Shown here: positions 27,056 through 37,063 of the stretch, piece after piece
Layout of the letters: the number at the start of each line of letters is the position of its first letter
Position numbering within the stretch: the stretch's first letter is position 1
From: Candidatus Omnitrophota bacterium
Lineage (GTDB): Bacteria > Omnitrophota > Gorgyraeia > Zapsychrales > Fredricksoniimonadaceae
NCBI GenBank assembly: GCA_903901225.1
Contig: CAIUQE010000005.1
Span: forward strand, 1 to 54,109
DNA: 54,109 bases
Direction: 5' to 3'
The notes under the pieces: model-generated
Told to the model about the DNA's origin: nothing
The model's input: only the letters and a program-made list of their open reading frames with translations
The model's database searches: none
Program-made: the position numbers and the translations under genes

Positions 27056-27514
27056 TTATATTGAATAATTGCCATTGTGTTTCTCAAAAGCCGCATCCAC
27101 CCGCTCATTGGCATCGATCAAAGACGTATTATCCAGGATATTGGCCATGGCGTCACGGACATCTTTCATGATGAGCCTGATCCCGCAGGTCTGCTCATTG
27201 GAACATTCCTTGCAGGGACGGTACGCGCTCTGGCTGACGCACGTGACCGGCGCCAGCGGCCCTTCCAGCAAACGAACGACCTGCCCCACGGAAATATCAC
27301 CCGGAGCGCGGCTAAGGATGTAACCACCACCCCGGCCCTTTTTGCTCTCCAGAAGGCCGCCGTTCTTGAGGATCAGCAAAATATTCTCAAGGAACTTGTG
27401 CGGGATATTCTCTGCCGCGGCCAAATGGCTGATCAGGACAGGACCTTGCTCATAGGTCCTGGCCAAATAGAACATGGCCCGCAATCCATATTTCGTCTTC
27501 TTTGAAATTATCAT
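27056..27514 (-). CDS. Rrf2-family transcriptional regulator (CymR/IscR-like)
   Basis: KTKYGLRAM, FLENILLILK, SKKGRGGGYIL, LEGPLAPVTC and a Cys-rich C-terminal half. Confidence 0.92.
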   Translation of the reverse strand: MIISKKTKYGLRAMFYLARTYEQGPVLISHLAAAENIPHKFLENILLILKNGGLLESKKGRGGGYILSRAPGDISVGQVVRLLEGPLAPVTCVSQSAYRPCKECSNEQTCGIRLIMKDVRDAMANILDNTSLIDANERVDAAFEKHNGNYSI

Positions 27515-27527
27515 AAACCTCTTATTG

Positions 27528-27571
27528 TCTACTTACCCTATAGAGTGTATTTAATAAACGTTTTTTGTCAA
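27528..27571 (-). promoter_or_regulatory. Sigma70 promoter of the rrf2 operon with overlapping candidate Rrf2 operator
   Basis: Minus strand TTGACA (27571-27566), 16 nt, TACACT (27549-27544); imperfect palindrome TCTA-N9-TAGA at 27528-27544. Confidence 0.6.
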
Positions 27572-27574
27572 GAT

Positions 27575-27696
27575 ACATGTTTAGGGCCTAAAACCTTTTC
27601 ACCTGCCTTATCGCGCCACTCTTCCGGCTTCACTTCGTTCATGCGGAAGGGCACCTGGCGCTCGGCGCGGCGAAAACAAAGTGGCGCTAAACATGC
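27575..27696 (-). mobile_element. 122-bp MITE-like element, copy 2 (inverted relative to copy 1)
   Basis: Its reverse complement aligns end to end with 17652-17773 with scattered substitutions; termini ACATGTTTAGGGCC / GGCGCTAAACATG. Confidence 0.75.
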
Positions 27697-27724
27697 TATT
27701 GTCAGATTTCTTTAAATCCGATAC

Positions 27725-27779
27725 TTGACAAATAAAAAAATCTAACTAATATTTATGTAAACCCGATAGGATTGATAGA
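27725..27779 (+). promoter_or_regulatory. Sigma70 promoter of cysHDN with candidate Rrf2 operator
   Basis: TTGACA (27725-27730), 16 nt, TAATAT (27747-27752); CCGA-N9-TAGA at 27763-27779 resembles the site at 27528. Confidence 0.55.
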
Positions 27780-28508
27780 GTGTTAGGTCATACGCCAAAA
27801 TTTGACATAGAAAAACATCAAGACGCCTTCGAGCGTTATTCACCTGAAGAAGCCCTGACGCAGGCCATAAAACTTTTCGGCATCGGGAACATAGCCCTGG
27901 CATCAAGCCTTGCCGCCGAAGACCAGGCCCTGACCCACATGTTATTATCCATCGCCCCCGGCGCCCGGATCTTCACGTTGGATACCGGCCGCCTGCCGCA
28001 GGAAACCTACGATGTCATGGCCGCCACAATGGATAAATATCACGTCAACTACGAAGTCCTTTTCCCGGAATTCTCAAAGGTCGAAGAAATGACCTCCGCC
28101 CACGGCCCCAACCTCTTTCGTGAAAGCAGCGAAAAACGCGTCCTGTGCTGTCATATAAGGAAGGTGCTGCCCCTGCGGCGCAAGCTGACGACCCTCAACG
28201 CCTGGGTTTGCGGCCTGCGGCGCTCGCAGGCCCTCACGCGCGCGGACATCAAAAAACTGGAATGGGATGACGCCAACGGCCTGGTGAAGGTCAACCCTCT
28301 CGCGGACTGGACGCCCGAACAGCTTTGGGACTACATCCGCAAGAACAATATCCCTTACAACGCGCTGCACGATAAAGGTTACGCGAGCATCGGCTGCGCC
28401 CCCTGCACGCGCCCTGTGGTGGAAGGCGAAGACATCCGCGCGGGACGCTGGTGGTGGGAAAACCCTGAACACAAGGAATGCGGCCTGCACAACCGCCGCG
28501 CCTGCTGA
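27780..28508 (+). CDS. cysH: Adenosine 5'-phosphosulfate reductase (4Fe-4S type)
   Basis: [24 protein letters not shown] and ECGLH. GTG start is uncertain. Confidence 0.92.
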   Translation: MLGHTPKFDIEKHQDAFERYSPEEALTQAIKLFGIGNIALASSLAAEDQALTHMLLSIAPGARIFTLDTGRLPQETYDVMAATMDKYHVNYEVLFPEFSKVEEMTSAHGPNLFRESSEKRVLCCHIRKVLPLRRKLTTLNAWVCGLRRSQALTRADIKKLEWDDANGLVKVNPLADWTPEQLWDYIRKNNIPYNALHDKGYASIGCAPCTRPVVEGEDIRAGRWWWENPEHKECGLHNRRAC

Positions 28509-28521
28509 ACACGAGGCACCT

Positions 28522-29403
28522 ATGGACTCATTGAAAAAACTTGAATCACAGAGCGTCTACATCCTGCGCGAAGCCTACCGCAACTTCAAGAGCCTGTGCA
28601 TGCTCTGGTCCATCGGCAAGGACAGCACGGTCCTCCTGTGGCTGGCGCGCAAGGCGTTCTTCGGGCATGTCCCCGTCCCCCTGGTGCATATCGACACGCA
28701 CTACAAGATCCCGGAAATGATCGCCTACCGCGACCGCCTCGCGCGGGAATGGCGCCTGAACATGATCTACGGCGAGAACACGGCCGCCCTGGCCAAAAAG
28801 GCCACATTTCCCGACGGGGCCGTGGACCGGCTGCAATGCTGCAAGCACCTCAAGAGCGAGGCGCTGCGCCACACGCTTTCCGGCGAATGGCCCCGCTACC
28901 GCATGGACCACGCGAGCGGCCGCTATGAACCGGACACGGACCAGGCGCCCTATACCGGCGTCATCGTGGGCGTGCGCGCCGACGAAGAAGGCAGCCGCTC
29001 GAAAGAACGCTACTTCTCCCCGCGCGACAAGTACAGCGAATGGAACGTCAGCGACCAGCCGCCGGAATTCTGGAACCAGTTCAAGACGGATTTCGCGCCG
29101 GGCACGCACGTGCGCATCCACCCGCTGCTCGACTGGACGGAACTGAACATCTGGGAGTACATTGAACGGGAAAAGATCCCCATGTCGTCGTTGTATTTTG
29201 ACCAGGGCAGCGGCAAGCGCTACCGCTCGCTCGGCTGTTACCCCTGCACCGCGCCGGTGGATTCCACCGCGAAGACGCCGGCGGACATCATTGAAGAGCT
29301 GAAGACCGGCAAGTTCACCAACATTGCCGAACGCGCCGGGCGCGCCCAGGACAAGGAAGACGCCGGCGGCCTCGAAACGCTGCGCCAGGAAGGATACATG
29401 TGA
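28522..29403 (+). CDS. cysD: Sulfate adenylyltransferase subunit 2
   Basis: WSIGKDS PP-loop, [28 protein letters not shown]-terminal EGYM. Confidence 0.95.
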   Translation: MDSLKKLESQSVYILREAYRNFKSLCMLWSIGKDSTVLLWLARKAFFGHVPVPLVHIDTHYKIPEMIAYRDRLAREWRLNMIYGENTAALAKKATFPDGAVDRLQCCKHLKSEALRHTLSGEWPRYRMDHASGRYEPDTDQAPYTGVIVGVRADEEGSRSKERYFSPRDKYSEWNVSDQPPEFWNQFKTDFAPGTHVRIHPLLDWTELNIWEYIEREKIPMSSLYFDQGSGKRYRSLGCYPCTAPVDSTAKTPADIIEELKTGKFTNIAERAGRAQDKEDAGGLETLRQEGYM

Positions 29404-31190
29404 TGCACCGCGAACACATGACCGTTGTCATCGTCGGGCACGTGGACCACGGCAAAAGCACCGTGATCGGCCGGCTCCTGGCGGACACGGGGTCCCTGCC
29501 TGAAGGAAAGCTCGACCAGGTCAAGGCGACCTGCGCCCGCAACGCCAAGCCCTTCGAATACGCCTTCCTGCTCGACGCCCTCAAGGACGAACGCAGCCAG
29601 GGGATCACCATCGACGCGGCGCGCTGTTTCTTCAAGACCGCCCGGCGCGATTACATCATCCTCGACGCGCCCGGCCACATCGAATTCCTCAAGAACATGG
29701 TGACGGGCGCCTCGCGCGCGGAAGTCGCGATCCTCGTCATCGACGCCAAGCAGGGCGTGCAGGAAAACACCCGCCGCCACGGCATGGTCGTGTCCATGAT
29801 CGGCGTCAAGCGCATCCTTGTCCTCGTCAACAAGATGGACCTCGTGGGCTACGACCAGGCGGCCTTTGAACGGGTGAGCAACGCGTTCAGGGCTTTCCTC
29901 AAGGAGATCGACATTGAACCCATCGCCTTCATCCCGGTGAGCGCGTTCCAGGGCGATAACCTGATCAGCACCTCGCAGCGGATGCCGTGGTACCAGGGCC
30001 GCCCCTTCCTGGGGGAACTCGACCTCATCCCCGTCAAGGAACAACCCGCGAACCTGCCGCTGCGCTTTCCCGTCCAGGATATTTACAAGTTCACGGAGAA
30101 TGGCGACGAACGCCGCATCATCGCCGGTACGCTCGCCACGGGCACGGCCAGGGCCGGTGATCCCGTCGTTTTCTACCCTTCGGGAAAACGGTCGACCATT
30201 CGCTCGGTTGAAGAGTTCAACACCCCGCCCCGGCAGGACGCCGCCAGCGGCGAGGCCATCGGCTTCACGCTGACGGATGAGCTTTACCTTCGCCCGGGCG
30301 AGATCATGACCCGGCAGGACGCCCGCCCGCCGCGGACCGCCACACAATTCAAGGCCAATATTTTCTGGGTCGGGCGCACGCCTTTCGTGAAGGACAAAAC
30401 TTACAAGCTGAAGATCGGCACCGCCCAGTCCCCCGTAAAACTGGTCGATATCCTCAGGATCATCGACGCGCAGGACCTCAGCTCCGCCGTCCGCCAGGAC
30501 AGCATCAACCGCCACGACGTCGCCACCTGCGTGCTCGAAGTCACGCGGCCCATCGCCTATGACCTGGCGCAGGACATCGAGGCGTTGAGCCGTTTCGTCA
30601 TCGTTGATCATTTTGAGATCGCGGGCGGGGGGATCATCATCGATGAATTGAGGCCCGACGCCTCCACGCTCGAGCAGCACGTGACCAACCGGGAAAAACG
30701 CTGGGTCCACGGGCTGGTCCTTCCCGCCGAGCGCGCCGCCGCCTACAGGCACAAGGGCCAGTTCATCATCGTGACCGGTAATTCAGCGGAAAAGAACGGC
30801 GCGGTCGCGCGGCTCCTGGAACGGTCGCTCTTTGACAATGGCCGCAAAGCCTATTACCTGAACACCGCCAACCTGACCTGCGGGTTGACCGACGGTTCAA
30901 CGGATGTCGCTGACGCGAGGGAAGAAGAGATCCGCGTGCTGGGGGAACTCGGCAGGGTGCTGACCGACGCGGGACACATCGTGGTCACGGACCTGAACCA
31001 TTACGATGCCTATGACATCGCGCGGCTGAAAACCTTCGTCCATCCCTTCGAGGTCCTGGTCGTCGGCCTCGGCGCCAGCGCCCCTGAAACGACGCTCAGC
31101 CTCAACGACGCGATGTCGCCCGGCGACACCGCCGCGGTCATATGTCAGTGGCTCAGGGATATGGACATCCTGCCGGATTACAGCCTCTAG
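29400..31190 (+). CDS. cysN: Sulfate adenylyltransferase subunit 1 (GTPase) with degenerate C-terminal APS-kinase-like domain
   Basis: [31 protein letters not shown]; the CysC-like tail lacks the P-loop. Confidence 0.92.
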   Translation: MMHREHMTVVIVGHVDHGKSTVIGRLLADTGSLPEGKLDQVKATCARNAKPFEYAFLLDALKDERSQGITIDAARCFFKTARRDYIILDAPGHIEFLKNMVTGASRAEVAILVIDAKQGVQENTRRHGMVVSMIGVKRILVLVNKMDLVGYDQAAFERVSNAFRAFLKEIDIEPIAFIPVSAFQGDNLISTSQRMPWYQGRPFLGELDLIPVKEQPANLPLRFPVQDIYKFTENGDERRIIAGTLATGTARAGDPVVFYPSGKRSTIRSVEEFNTPPRQDAASGEAIGFTLTDELYLRPGEIMTRQDARPPRTATQFKANIFWVGRTPFVKDKTYKLKIGTAQSPVKLVDILRIIDAQDLSSAVRQDSINRHDVATCVLEVTRPIAYDLAQDIEALSRFVIVDHFEIAGGGIIIDELRPDASTLEQHVTNREKRWVHGLVLPAERAAAYRHKGQFIIVTGNSAEKNGAVARLLERSLFDNGRKAYYLNTANLTCGLTDGSTDVADAREEEIRVLGELGRVLTDAGHIVVTDLNHYDAYDIARLKTFVHPFEVLVVGLGASAPETTLSLNDAMSPGDTAAVICQWLRDMDILPDYSL

Positions 31191-31219
31191 CACCGGCGCA
31201 ACGGACCGGCCGGACCCTG

Positions 31220-31450
31220 TCAAACGGCCTTCGCCAGCCGCTTGGCCCCGTTCTTGACAATATTGGTCTTGGCATTGTTATCCTTGGCATTCTTCAGCCA
31301 GGCCTCCGAAAAACGGTTCAACCAGTCCCCCGACGCTTTCTCAAACCCGATGTCCGAACCCGCCATCTCGCTCTCGATCCACCGGTGGCGATTGATCTCG
31401 TCAATAACGCGCGTATCGCTCAATAAACTTTCTTTCTTCGTTACTGCCAT
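31220..31450 (-). CDS. Small conserved hypothetical protein (DUF4032-like)
   Basis: EINRHRWIESEMAGSDIGFEKASGDW motif; SD AGGAGG upstream. Confidence 0.7.
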   Translation of the reverse strand: MAVTKKESLLSDTRVIDEINRHRWIESEMAGSDIGFEKASGDWLNRFSEAWLKNAKDNNAKTNIVKNGAKRLAKAV

Positions 31451-31581
31451 AAAGAACCTCCTGTTTTAATTTTGTCCCGCCGGATCAGGGACATTCCCCG
31501 ATCGCGTACACGGATATTCTAGCCGCGCACCGCAGCTCCGCAATTGTACCAAAGTACAACTCCTCAGCGCCATCCTCCACC

Positions 31582-32745
31582 TCAGACGGCAACGGGAAAA
31601 CAGATCTTGATGACGGTCCCCCAACCCTCACGGCTCTCTATCTCGCATTTCCCATTATGCCGCTCGATGATGCCGTTGCTGATCGCCAGCCCCAATCCCG
31701 TCCCTTTCCCGTCCGCTTTCGTCGTCACGAACGGTTCCAGGGCGTTCATTCTTTGCGCCGCGGTCATGCCGATGCCATTGTCGGAGAATGTCACCAGCAC
31801 CATGTCCCCACCCGCCGGGCGTGATACCATGATCTCCAGTTTTTTGCCATAACTTGGAAAAACCAGCTTGCCGTTCCTGAGCAGCTTCTCTTTCTCGTCC
31901 ATCGCGTCAAAAGCGTTGGCAACAAGGTTGCTCCAGACCTGTTCCAGCTGGTAGGGATTGCCCTTGATCATCGGCAAACCCGGCTCAACGGCCTTGACCA
32001 GCTCGACCTTGTGGGCCGTCCACTGCTCACCTTTAAAATTCAGGGTTGCTTCAATGTTGCCGGGAAGATCGATCAGGTCAAAGGCCAGTGATTGCTGGCG
32101 GGCATACGTCCGCACGTGGTAGATGGCCCGCGTCATGCGCTTGATCGCGGCATCAATATCTTTCATGCCATTCTCCAGCGCCTCTTCGGTAAGGATCTTT
32201 TTGGCCGTCATCTTCCTGAAAGTGGCGAGAACGAGCGCGATGGCGTCCAGCGGCTGGTTGATCTCGTGCGCCACGCCGATCGCCATTTCTCCCAGCGACG
32301 CCAGCTTTTCGGTCTCGATCAGCCGAAGCCTCATCTTGTCCAGCTCCTTCTCCGTTTGCTTGCGCGGCGTGATATCCGTCTGGATCCCGGTCATCACCAG
32401 CGGCTTGCCGTCACGCCATTCGACCACCCTGCCCCGGTCATACACCCACACCCAGGAACCGTTCTTGTGCCGCATGCGGTATTCGCAATCATAAAGGTCC
32501 AACGCCCCCAGAAAATGCTTGTGCAGCAGGTCTTCGGTATTTTTCATGTCCTGGGGATGCGCCAGGTCCAGCCAGGTCTGGACACTGACCGGCGCGAGCT
32601 CGGCCAGCGTGTAACCGAGGATCCCCGCCCAGTGCTCATTGAACGCGGCTTCCCCCGTCAGGACATTCCAGCGCCACGTCCCGGCGCCGGTAGCCTCAAT
32701 GGCAGCCGCCAGAAAATCATGCCGTGCCTGCAGGTCTTTTTCCAT
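31582..32745 (-). CDS. PAS-domain sensor histidine kinase (NtrB-like core)
   Basis: PAS_3/PAC, then GVAHEINQPL H-box, NLVANA, DNGIG, GTGLGL. Confidence 0.9.
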   Translation of the reverse strand: MEKDLQARHDFLAAAIEATGAGTWRWNVLTGEAAFNEHWAGILGYTLAELAPVSVQTWLDLAHPQDMKNTEDLLHKHFLGALDLYDCEYRMRHKNGSWVWVYDRGRVVEWRDGKPLVMTGIQTDITPRKQTEKELDKMRLRLIETEKLASLGEMAIGVAHEINQPLDAIALVLATFRKMTAKKILTEEALENGMKDIDAAIKRMTRAIYHVRTYARQQSLAFDLIDLPGNIEATLNFKGEQWTAHKVELVKAVEPGLPMIKGNPYQLEQVWSNLVANAFDAMDEKEKLLRNGKLVFPSYGKKLEIMVSRPAGGDMVLVTFSDNGIGMTAAQRMNALEPFVTTKADGKGTGLGLAISNGIIERHNGKCEIESREGWGTVIKICFPVAV

Positions 32746-32762
32746 AAGGGAACATCCGTTAT

Positions 32763-33146
32763 TCAGAACTTTTCCTGGAGCGCTTTGCGGATCACGGCCC
32801 GGAGCTCTCCCTGGCGGAATGGTTTGTACAAATTATAGGAACGCCCTCCCGCTTCCACGAACTGGCATTCCTTGGCGTAATTGTTCTGGTCAAAAAGCCC
32901 GGTCATAAAGACCAGTATCATGCCGGGGCACAGCTTCACTATCTCCCGGCACGTCTCGATCCCGTCCATGCCGGGCATGTCCTTGTCAATGAGCCCAAGA
33001 TCGTATTTCTTCAGCCGTACCGCCTTCAACGCCTCTTCCCCGCTCAAGACGCTGTCGACCTGGTAGCCTTCGGCGCCGAGTTCCCTTTGGAACGCGATGC
33101 CGATCAGCGGATCATCATCAACGATCAGAATGTTCTCTGCCGGCAT
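32763..33146 (-). CDS. Single-domain response regulator
   Basis: MPAENILIVDD...IDKDMPGMDG...MTG...YKPF. Start at ATG 33146 after AGGAGG; the ORF-track extension to 33428 is spurious. Confidence 0.88.
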   Translation of the reverse strand: MPAENILIVDDDPLIGIAFQRELGAEGYQVDSVLSGEEALKAVRLKKYDLGLIDKDMPGMDGIETCREIVKLCPGMILVFMTGLFDQNNYAKECQFVEAGGRSYNLYKPFRQGELRAVIRKALQEKF

Positions 33147-33147
33147 A

Positions 33148-34896
33148 TCAGCCTCCTGCCTGTTTTTTGTCCCCGCGCGCCTTGCCCGCCGCCGGGATCC
33201 TGACCTTGAAAGACGCCCCCGACGCCTGCCCCGCGGGCGGGCTCTCGACGGATATTTCACCGCCGCATTCCCGGATGATGGAATACGACACGGCCAGCCC
33301 GAGGCCCGTGCCTTTGCCCGGCCTCTTGGTCGTGAAAAAAGGATCAAATATCCTTGGAAGATCCTCCTTGCGGATCCCGCAGCCACTGTCGCTGAACTCC
33401 ATCTCGACAAAATCATTCCCGTCGGCAAGTATCCGCCGTGTCACGATCATTAACGTGCCTTTGTTCTGCATGGCATCGAAGGCATTATTGATGATATTGA
33501 AGATCACCTGCTCGAGCCGGTTCTCGTCCACCTCGACCAGGGGCAGGTTTTTCTCAAGATCTTTTTTCACGGCCACATCCCTGCCCTGCATGATCCTCTG
33601 GGCGAACCCCAGCACGGTCTCGATGAGCGCGCCGCAGTCCACCGACCTCTTTTCCCCTTTTGTCGGCATGGAAAAGATCAACAGCCCTTTGATGATCTGC
33701 GCCATCCGCTCGCCGGCATGCACCACCTGCTGCATGTCGCTGTATTCCCGTTCTTTGGGATCTTTGTACGTCATGTAAGACCGCGCGATGCCCAGTATCC
33801 CGGTCAAAGGGTTGTTGAGCTCATGCGCCACCCCGGCGCTCAATGTCCCCACGGCGGCCATCTTTCCCGCCTGGATCAACAGGCCCTGCGACCTTTGTAA
33901 TTCCTGGTATGACGCCGCGATCTCGATATTCTTCTGCCGCGCGGTCTCGGCCGCCGCCTTCTCGACCGCCAGTTCCCTTACGTATTGTTCCACCTGTTTC
34001 AGGTCAGTGATATCGGCGTTGGCCGAGACCATGACACTCCCGAACTCGGGATGGTCGAACACAGAAACATGGCTGTTGCACCAGAAGCGCGTCCCGTCCT
34101 TGCGGATATTCTCGACTTCCCCGCGCCACATGCCGGATCCGCGCAACGCCTCAACGATCAGGGGCCTCATTTCCGTTGATGACGCGGGCCTCGGGGCATT
34201 GACTTTATCAAGGCGCATCCCCTCCATTTCACGGGGGCCATACCCGAACAATTCTTCCTGCCGCCGGTTGGCCCACTTGATGATATGATCTTCCATGCCA
34301 ATGATAAAAACGCCCTCCGACACGGTCTTCATGACAGCCTGATGCAATTGCTGGATCGTCTCCGCCCGCTTGCGGTCCGCGATGTCCCTCACGAACACAA
34401 CGATCCGCCCGTGATTCGTGACAAGATGCTGCGCGCTCACCTCAACATCAAAGACGCTCCCGTTCTTGCGCCGGTGCCGGGCATCAAAACGATCCTCCCC
34501 CAGCGCCATGATCCCGGCAATATGGGCGCTTATGCCGCCGGCACCCGCGCTCACATCCAGTTTCGCGACCTGCATGCCCAAAAGCTCTTTCTGGCTGTAA
34601 CCGCTCATCCGGCAATACGTCGCGTTCACTTCCAGCACACGACCAAGACTGTCGATCAGCAGGAAGCCATCCATGGCTGTCTCAAGGATGATCCGCCGCC
34701 GCTCATCGCTCTTGTGGTGCGACCATAGCGCTTCAAAGGCAAGCACCGCGCCTAATACAAGGAATAGCAATGACGCGAACAACAGCGACCCGCTCGCCAT
34801 GCCGGCCAGGGCCACGGCGACAACAGCGATGCCCAGGCCGCACATGAAACGCACGAGCTTGCCGAACGGTCCTCTGGCCGGTAAGTATGTGTTCAT
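33148..34896 (-). CDS. Membrane-anchored PAS-PAS histidine kinase
   Basis: Two N-terminal TM helices, two PAS domains, GVAHELNNPL, NIINNA, FFTTK, GTGLGL. Start taken at MNTYL 34896 (ATGA overlap with the upstream stop). Confidence 0.88.
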   Translation of the reverse strand: MNTYLPARGPFGKLVRFMCGLGIAVVAVALAGMASGSLLFASLLFLVLGAVLAFEALWSHHKSDERRRIILETAMDGFLLIDSLGRVLEVNATYCRMSGYSQKELLGMQVAKLDVSAGAGGISAHIAGIMALGEDRFDARHRRKNGSVFDVEVSAQHLVTNHGRIVVFVRDIADRKRAETIQQLHQAVMKTVSEGVFIIGMEDHIIKWANRRQEELFGYGPREMEGMRLDKVNAPRPASSTEMRPLIVEALRGSGMWRGEVENIRKDGTRFWCNSHVSVFDHPEFGSVMVSANADITDLKQVEQYVRELAVEKAAAETARQKNIEIAASYQELQRSQGLLIQAGKMAAVGTLSAGVAHELNNPLTGILGIARSYMTYKDPKEREYSDMQQVVHAGERMAQIIKGLLIFSMPTKGEKRSVDCGALIETVLGFAQRIMQGRDVAVKKDLEKNLPLVEVDENRLEQVIFNIINNAFDAMQNKGTLMIVTRRILADGNDFVEMEFSDSGCGIRKEDLPRIFDPFFTTKRPGKGTGLGLAVSYSIIRECGGEISVESPPAGQASGASFKVRIPAAGKARGDKKQAGG

Positions 34897-35276
34897 TTTC
34901 CCTCGTTGAGCGCCTTGTGGACCACGGCCCGAAGCTCGCCCTGCGCGAAAGGTTTGTATAAATAGTACGTCCTGCCTCCGGCTTCCACGAATTGCTTTTC
35001 CTTGGACACGTTGTGCTTGTCGAAGAGCCCCGTCATGAAGACCAGCACCGACTCCGGCGCGATCTTCTTTATTTCCCGGCATGTCTCGATCCCGTCCATA
35101 CCGGGCATGTCCTTGTCAATGAGCGCGAGGTCATATTTTTTGAGCCTGACCGCCTTCAACGCCTCTTCCCCGTTCAGGACGCTGTCGACGGTATAGCCGT
35201 CAGCGATCAATTCCCTTTGGAACGCGAGACCGATCAACGGCTCGTCATCAACGACCAGAATATTCGCGATGGACAT
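34893..35276 (-). CDS. Single-domain response regulator (paralog of 32763..33146)
   Basis: ILVVDD, IDKDMPGMDG, MTG, YKPF. Confidence 0.9.
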   Translation of the reverse strand: MSIANILVVDDEPLIGLAFQRELIADGYTVDSVLNGEEALKAVRLKKYDLALIDKDMPGMDGIETCREIKKIAPESVLVFMTGLFDKHNVSKEKQFVEAGGRTYYLYKPFAQGELRAVVHKALNEGK

Positions 35277-35314
35277 ACGCGCCTCCTTTTTTATTCCAAA
35301 GAATTTTTATCCTC

Positions 35315-37063
35315 TTATCCCGTGCTCAGCGCCGGCAGCCTGACCTTGAACGACGCGCCGTTCGCCTGCCCCGCGGGCGGGCTCTCGACCAGGATCTCAC
35401 CACCGTATTCCCTGACGATCGAATACGACACGGCCAGTCCCAGCCCCGTGCCGTTCTCCGAGCTTTTCGTGGTAAAAAAAGGATCGAAGAGCCTGGGCAG
35501 GTCTTCTTTGGCCACACCGCAGCCGCTGTCCGTGAACTCCATCTCGACAAAATGCGCCTGGCCCTCGACCACGTGCCGGGCCGCTATCCGCAGGACGCCT
35601 TTGTTCTCCATGGCGTCAAAGGCGTTGTGGATGATATTGAAAACAACCTGCTGAAGCCGGTTGTGGGACACCTTGACCAGGGGCAGGTCTTTTTCAAATT
35701 CTTTTTTCACGACGATATTCCGGCCGCGCATGATCCTCTGGCTGAACGCCAGGACGGTCTCGATCACATTCTCGCACCGCAGCTCTTCGGCGCCCCCTGT
35801 CGACGGCCTTGAAAAGACCAGCAAACCCTTGATGATCGCCACCATCCGTTCCCCGGCATACGCGATCTGCTGCAGGTCGCCGTACTCCTTGTCATGGGGA
35901 TCTTTCTCTTTCAAATTATCCCTGACGATCTCCAGTATCCCGGTCAAAGGATTGTTAAGCTCATGCGCCATGCCGGCGCTGAGCATGCCCAGCGCGGACA
36001 TTTTCTCGGACTGGACCAGCATGTCCTGCGTGCGCTGCAACTCCAGGTACGCCGTTTCGATCTCGGCCATTTTCTGCCGCGCCATCTCAGCGGACGCCTT
36101 TTCAGCCGCCAACTCCGCGGTGTACAGCTCACCTTGTTTGCGCGACCTGGCATCGCGATAAATGCCAAGTATATGGTCCCGGCCCCGCAGGCTGATCCGC
36201 GCCTCGGTCAGGTCGGCGTAGAATACTGTCCCATCACGGCATTTCATGGGAAGATTGAGGATCGGGGCGACACCCCTGTCCGCGTAGTCTCCAGACGGCC
36301 CCAACCCTCCGGGAAGGTCAGACGCCGGATGAAGATCGATAACGGACATCTCCAGGAAATGCGCCTCGGCATACCCCAGCATGCCCAGCATCTGCCGGTT
36401 GACCAGGACGATCCGCCGCGTGCCCAATTCCCACAGCAGCATCCCGTCGCTGGCATTGTTGAACACGGCGCGGAACCTCTCTTCCGAACTTTTCACGACA
36501 TCTTCCAGTTGCCGCTGCTGTGAAATATCGATCACGGCCGCGTGGCCGGCTGCGATCCCCGCGGCATCAACAGAAACCGTTGCGTCGACCCGTACCCAGA
36601 AAGACCGGCCGTCCGAACGCAACAAGCGCAACTCGCACGATCGCGCCGCGCGCGCTCGAAAAAGCTCTTTGAAAAACAAATGGCAGACATCCGTATCTTC
36701 CGGGACCAGGAACGCGGCGAACACCCTCCCGGGCAGTGACACCTTGGTCACCCCCATCAGCCTCGCGAAGGTCAGGTTCCCCTCAAGGATCGTATTTTTT
36801 TCATCAAGGCTCAGATACCCGACGGGCGCCATGTCATAAAGATCAAAATATCGCGCGCGCGCTTTTTCAATTTCCTCCTGCGACCTTTGCAATTCCTCAT
36901 TCTGCAGGCCAAGCTCGATCTGGTGCACCTGCAGCTCGTGCAACAGGTCCCAGGCGGCCTCGACCGACAAAGCGCCCCTGTCCCTCGCCGGCACGTCCCC
37001 CGCGATCGCCTCGGCCCGCGCGCGCAAGGCTTCCGCGTTCTCTGGTCTTTTCTTTTGGCTCAT
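35315..37063 (-). CDS. Cytoplasmic PAS-PAS histidine kinase
   Basis: HELQVHQIELGLQNEEL leader, YFDLYDMAPVGY PAS, GMAHELNNPL H-box, HATPase motifs. Confidence 0.9.
   Translation of the reverse strand: MSQKKRPENAEALRARAEAIAGDVPARDRGALSVEAAWDLLHELQVHQIELGLQNEELQRSQEEIEKARARYFDLYDMAPVGYLSLDEKNTILEGNLTFARLMGVTKVSLPGRVFAAFLVPEDTDVCHLFFKELFRARAARSCELRLLRSDGRSFWVRVDATVSVDAAGIAAGHAAVIDISQQRQLEDVVKSSEERFRAVFNNASDGMLLWELGTRRIVLVNRQMLGMLGYAEAHFLEMSVIDLHPASDLPGGLGPSGDYADRGVAPILNLPMKCRDGTVFYADLTEARISLRGRDHILGIYRDARSRKQGELYTAELAAEKASAEMARQKMAEIETAYLELQRTQDMLVQSEKMSALGMLSAGMAHELNNPLTGILEIVRDNLKEKDPHDKEYGDLQQIAYAGERMVAIIKGLLVFSRPSTGGAEELRCENVIETVLAFSQRIMRGRNIVVKKEFEKDLPLVKVSHNRLQQVVFNIIHNAFDAMENKGVLRIAARHVVEGQAHFVEMEFTDSGCGVAKEDLPRLFDPFFTTKSSENGTGLGLAVSYSIVREYGGEILVESPPAGQANGASFKVRLPALSTG

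Noticed and set aside
32763-35082. Overlapping ORFs 32763..33428 and 33148..35082 suggesting frameshifted hybrid kinases
   Set aside because: Internal ATGs with SD or stop-start coupling (33146, 34896) give intact separate genes, so no frameshift is needed.
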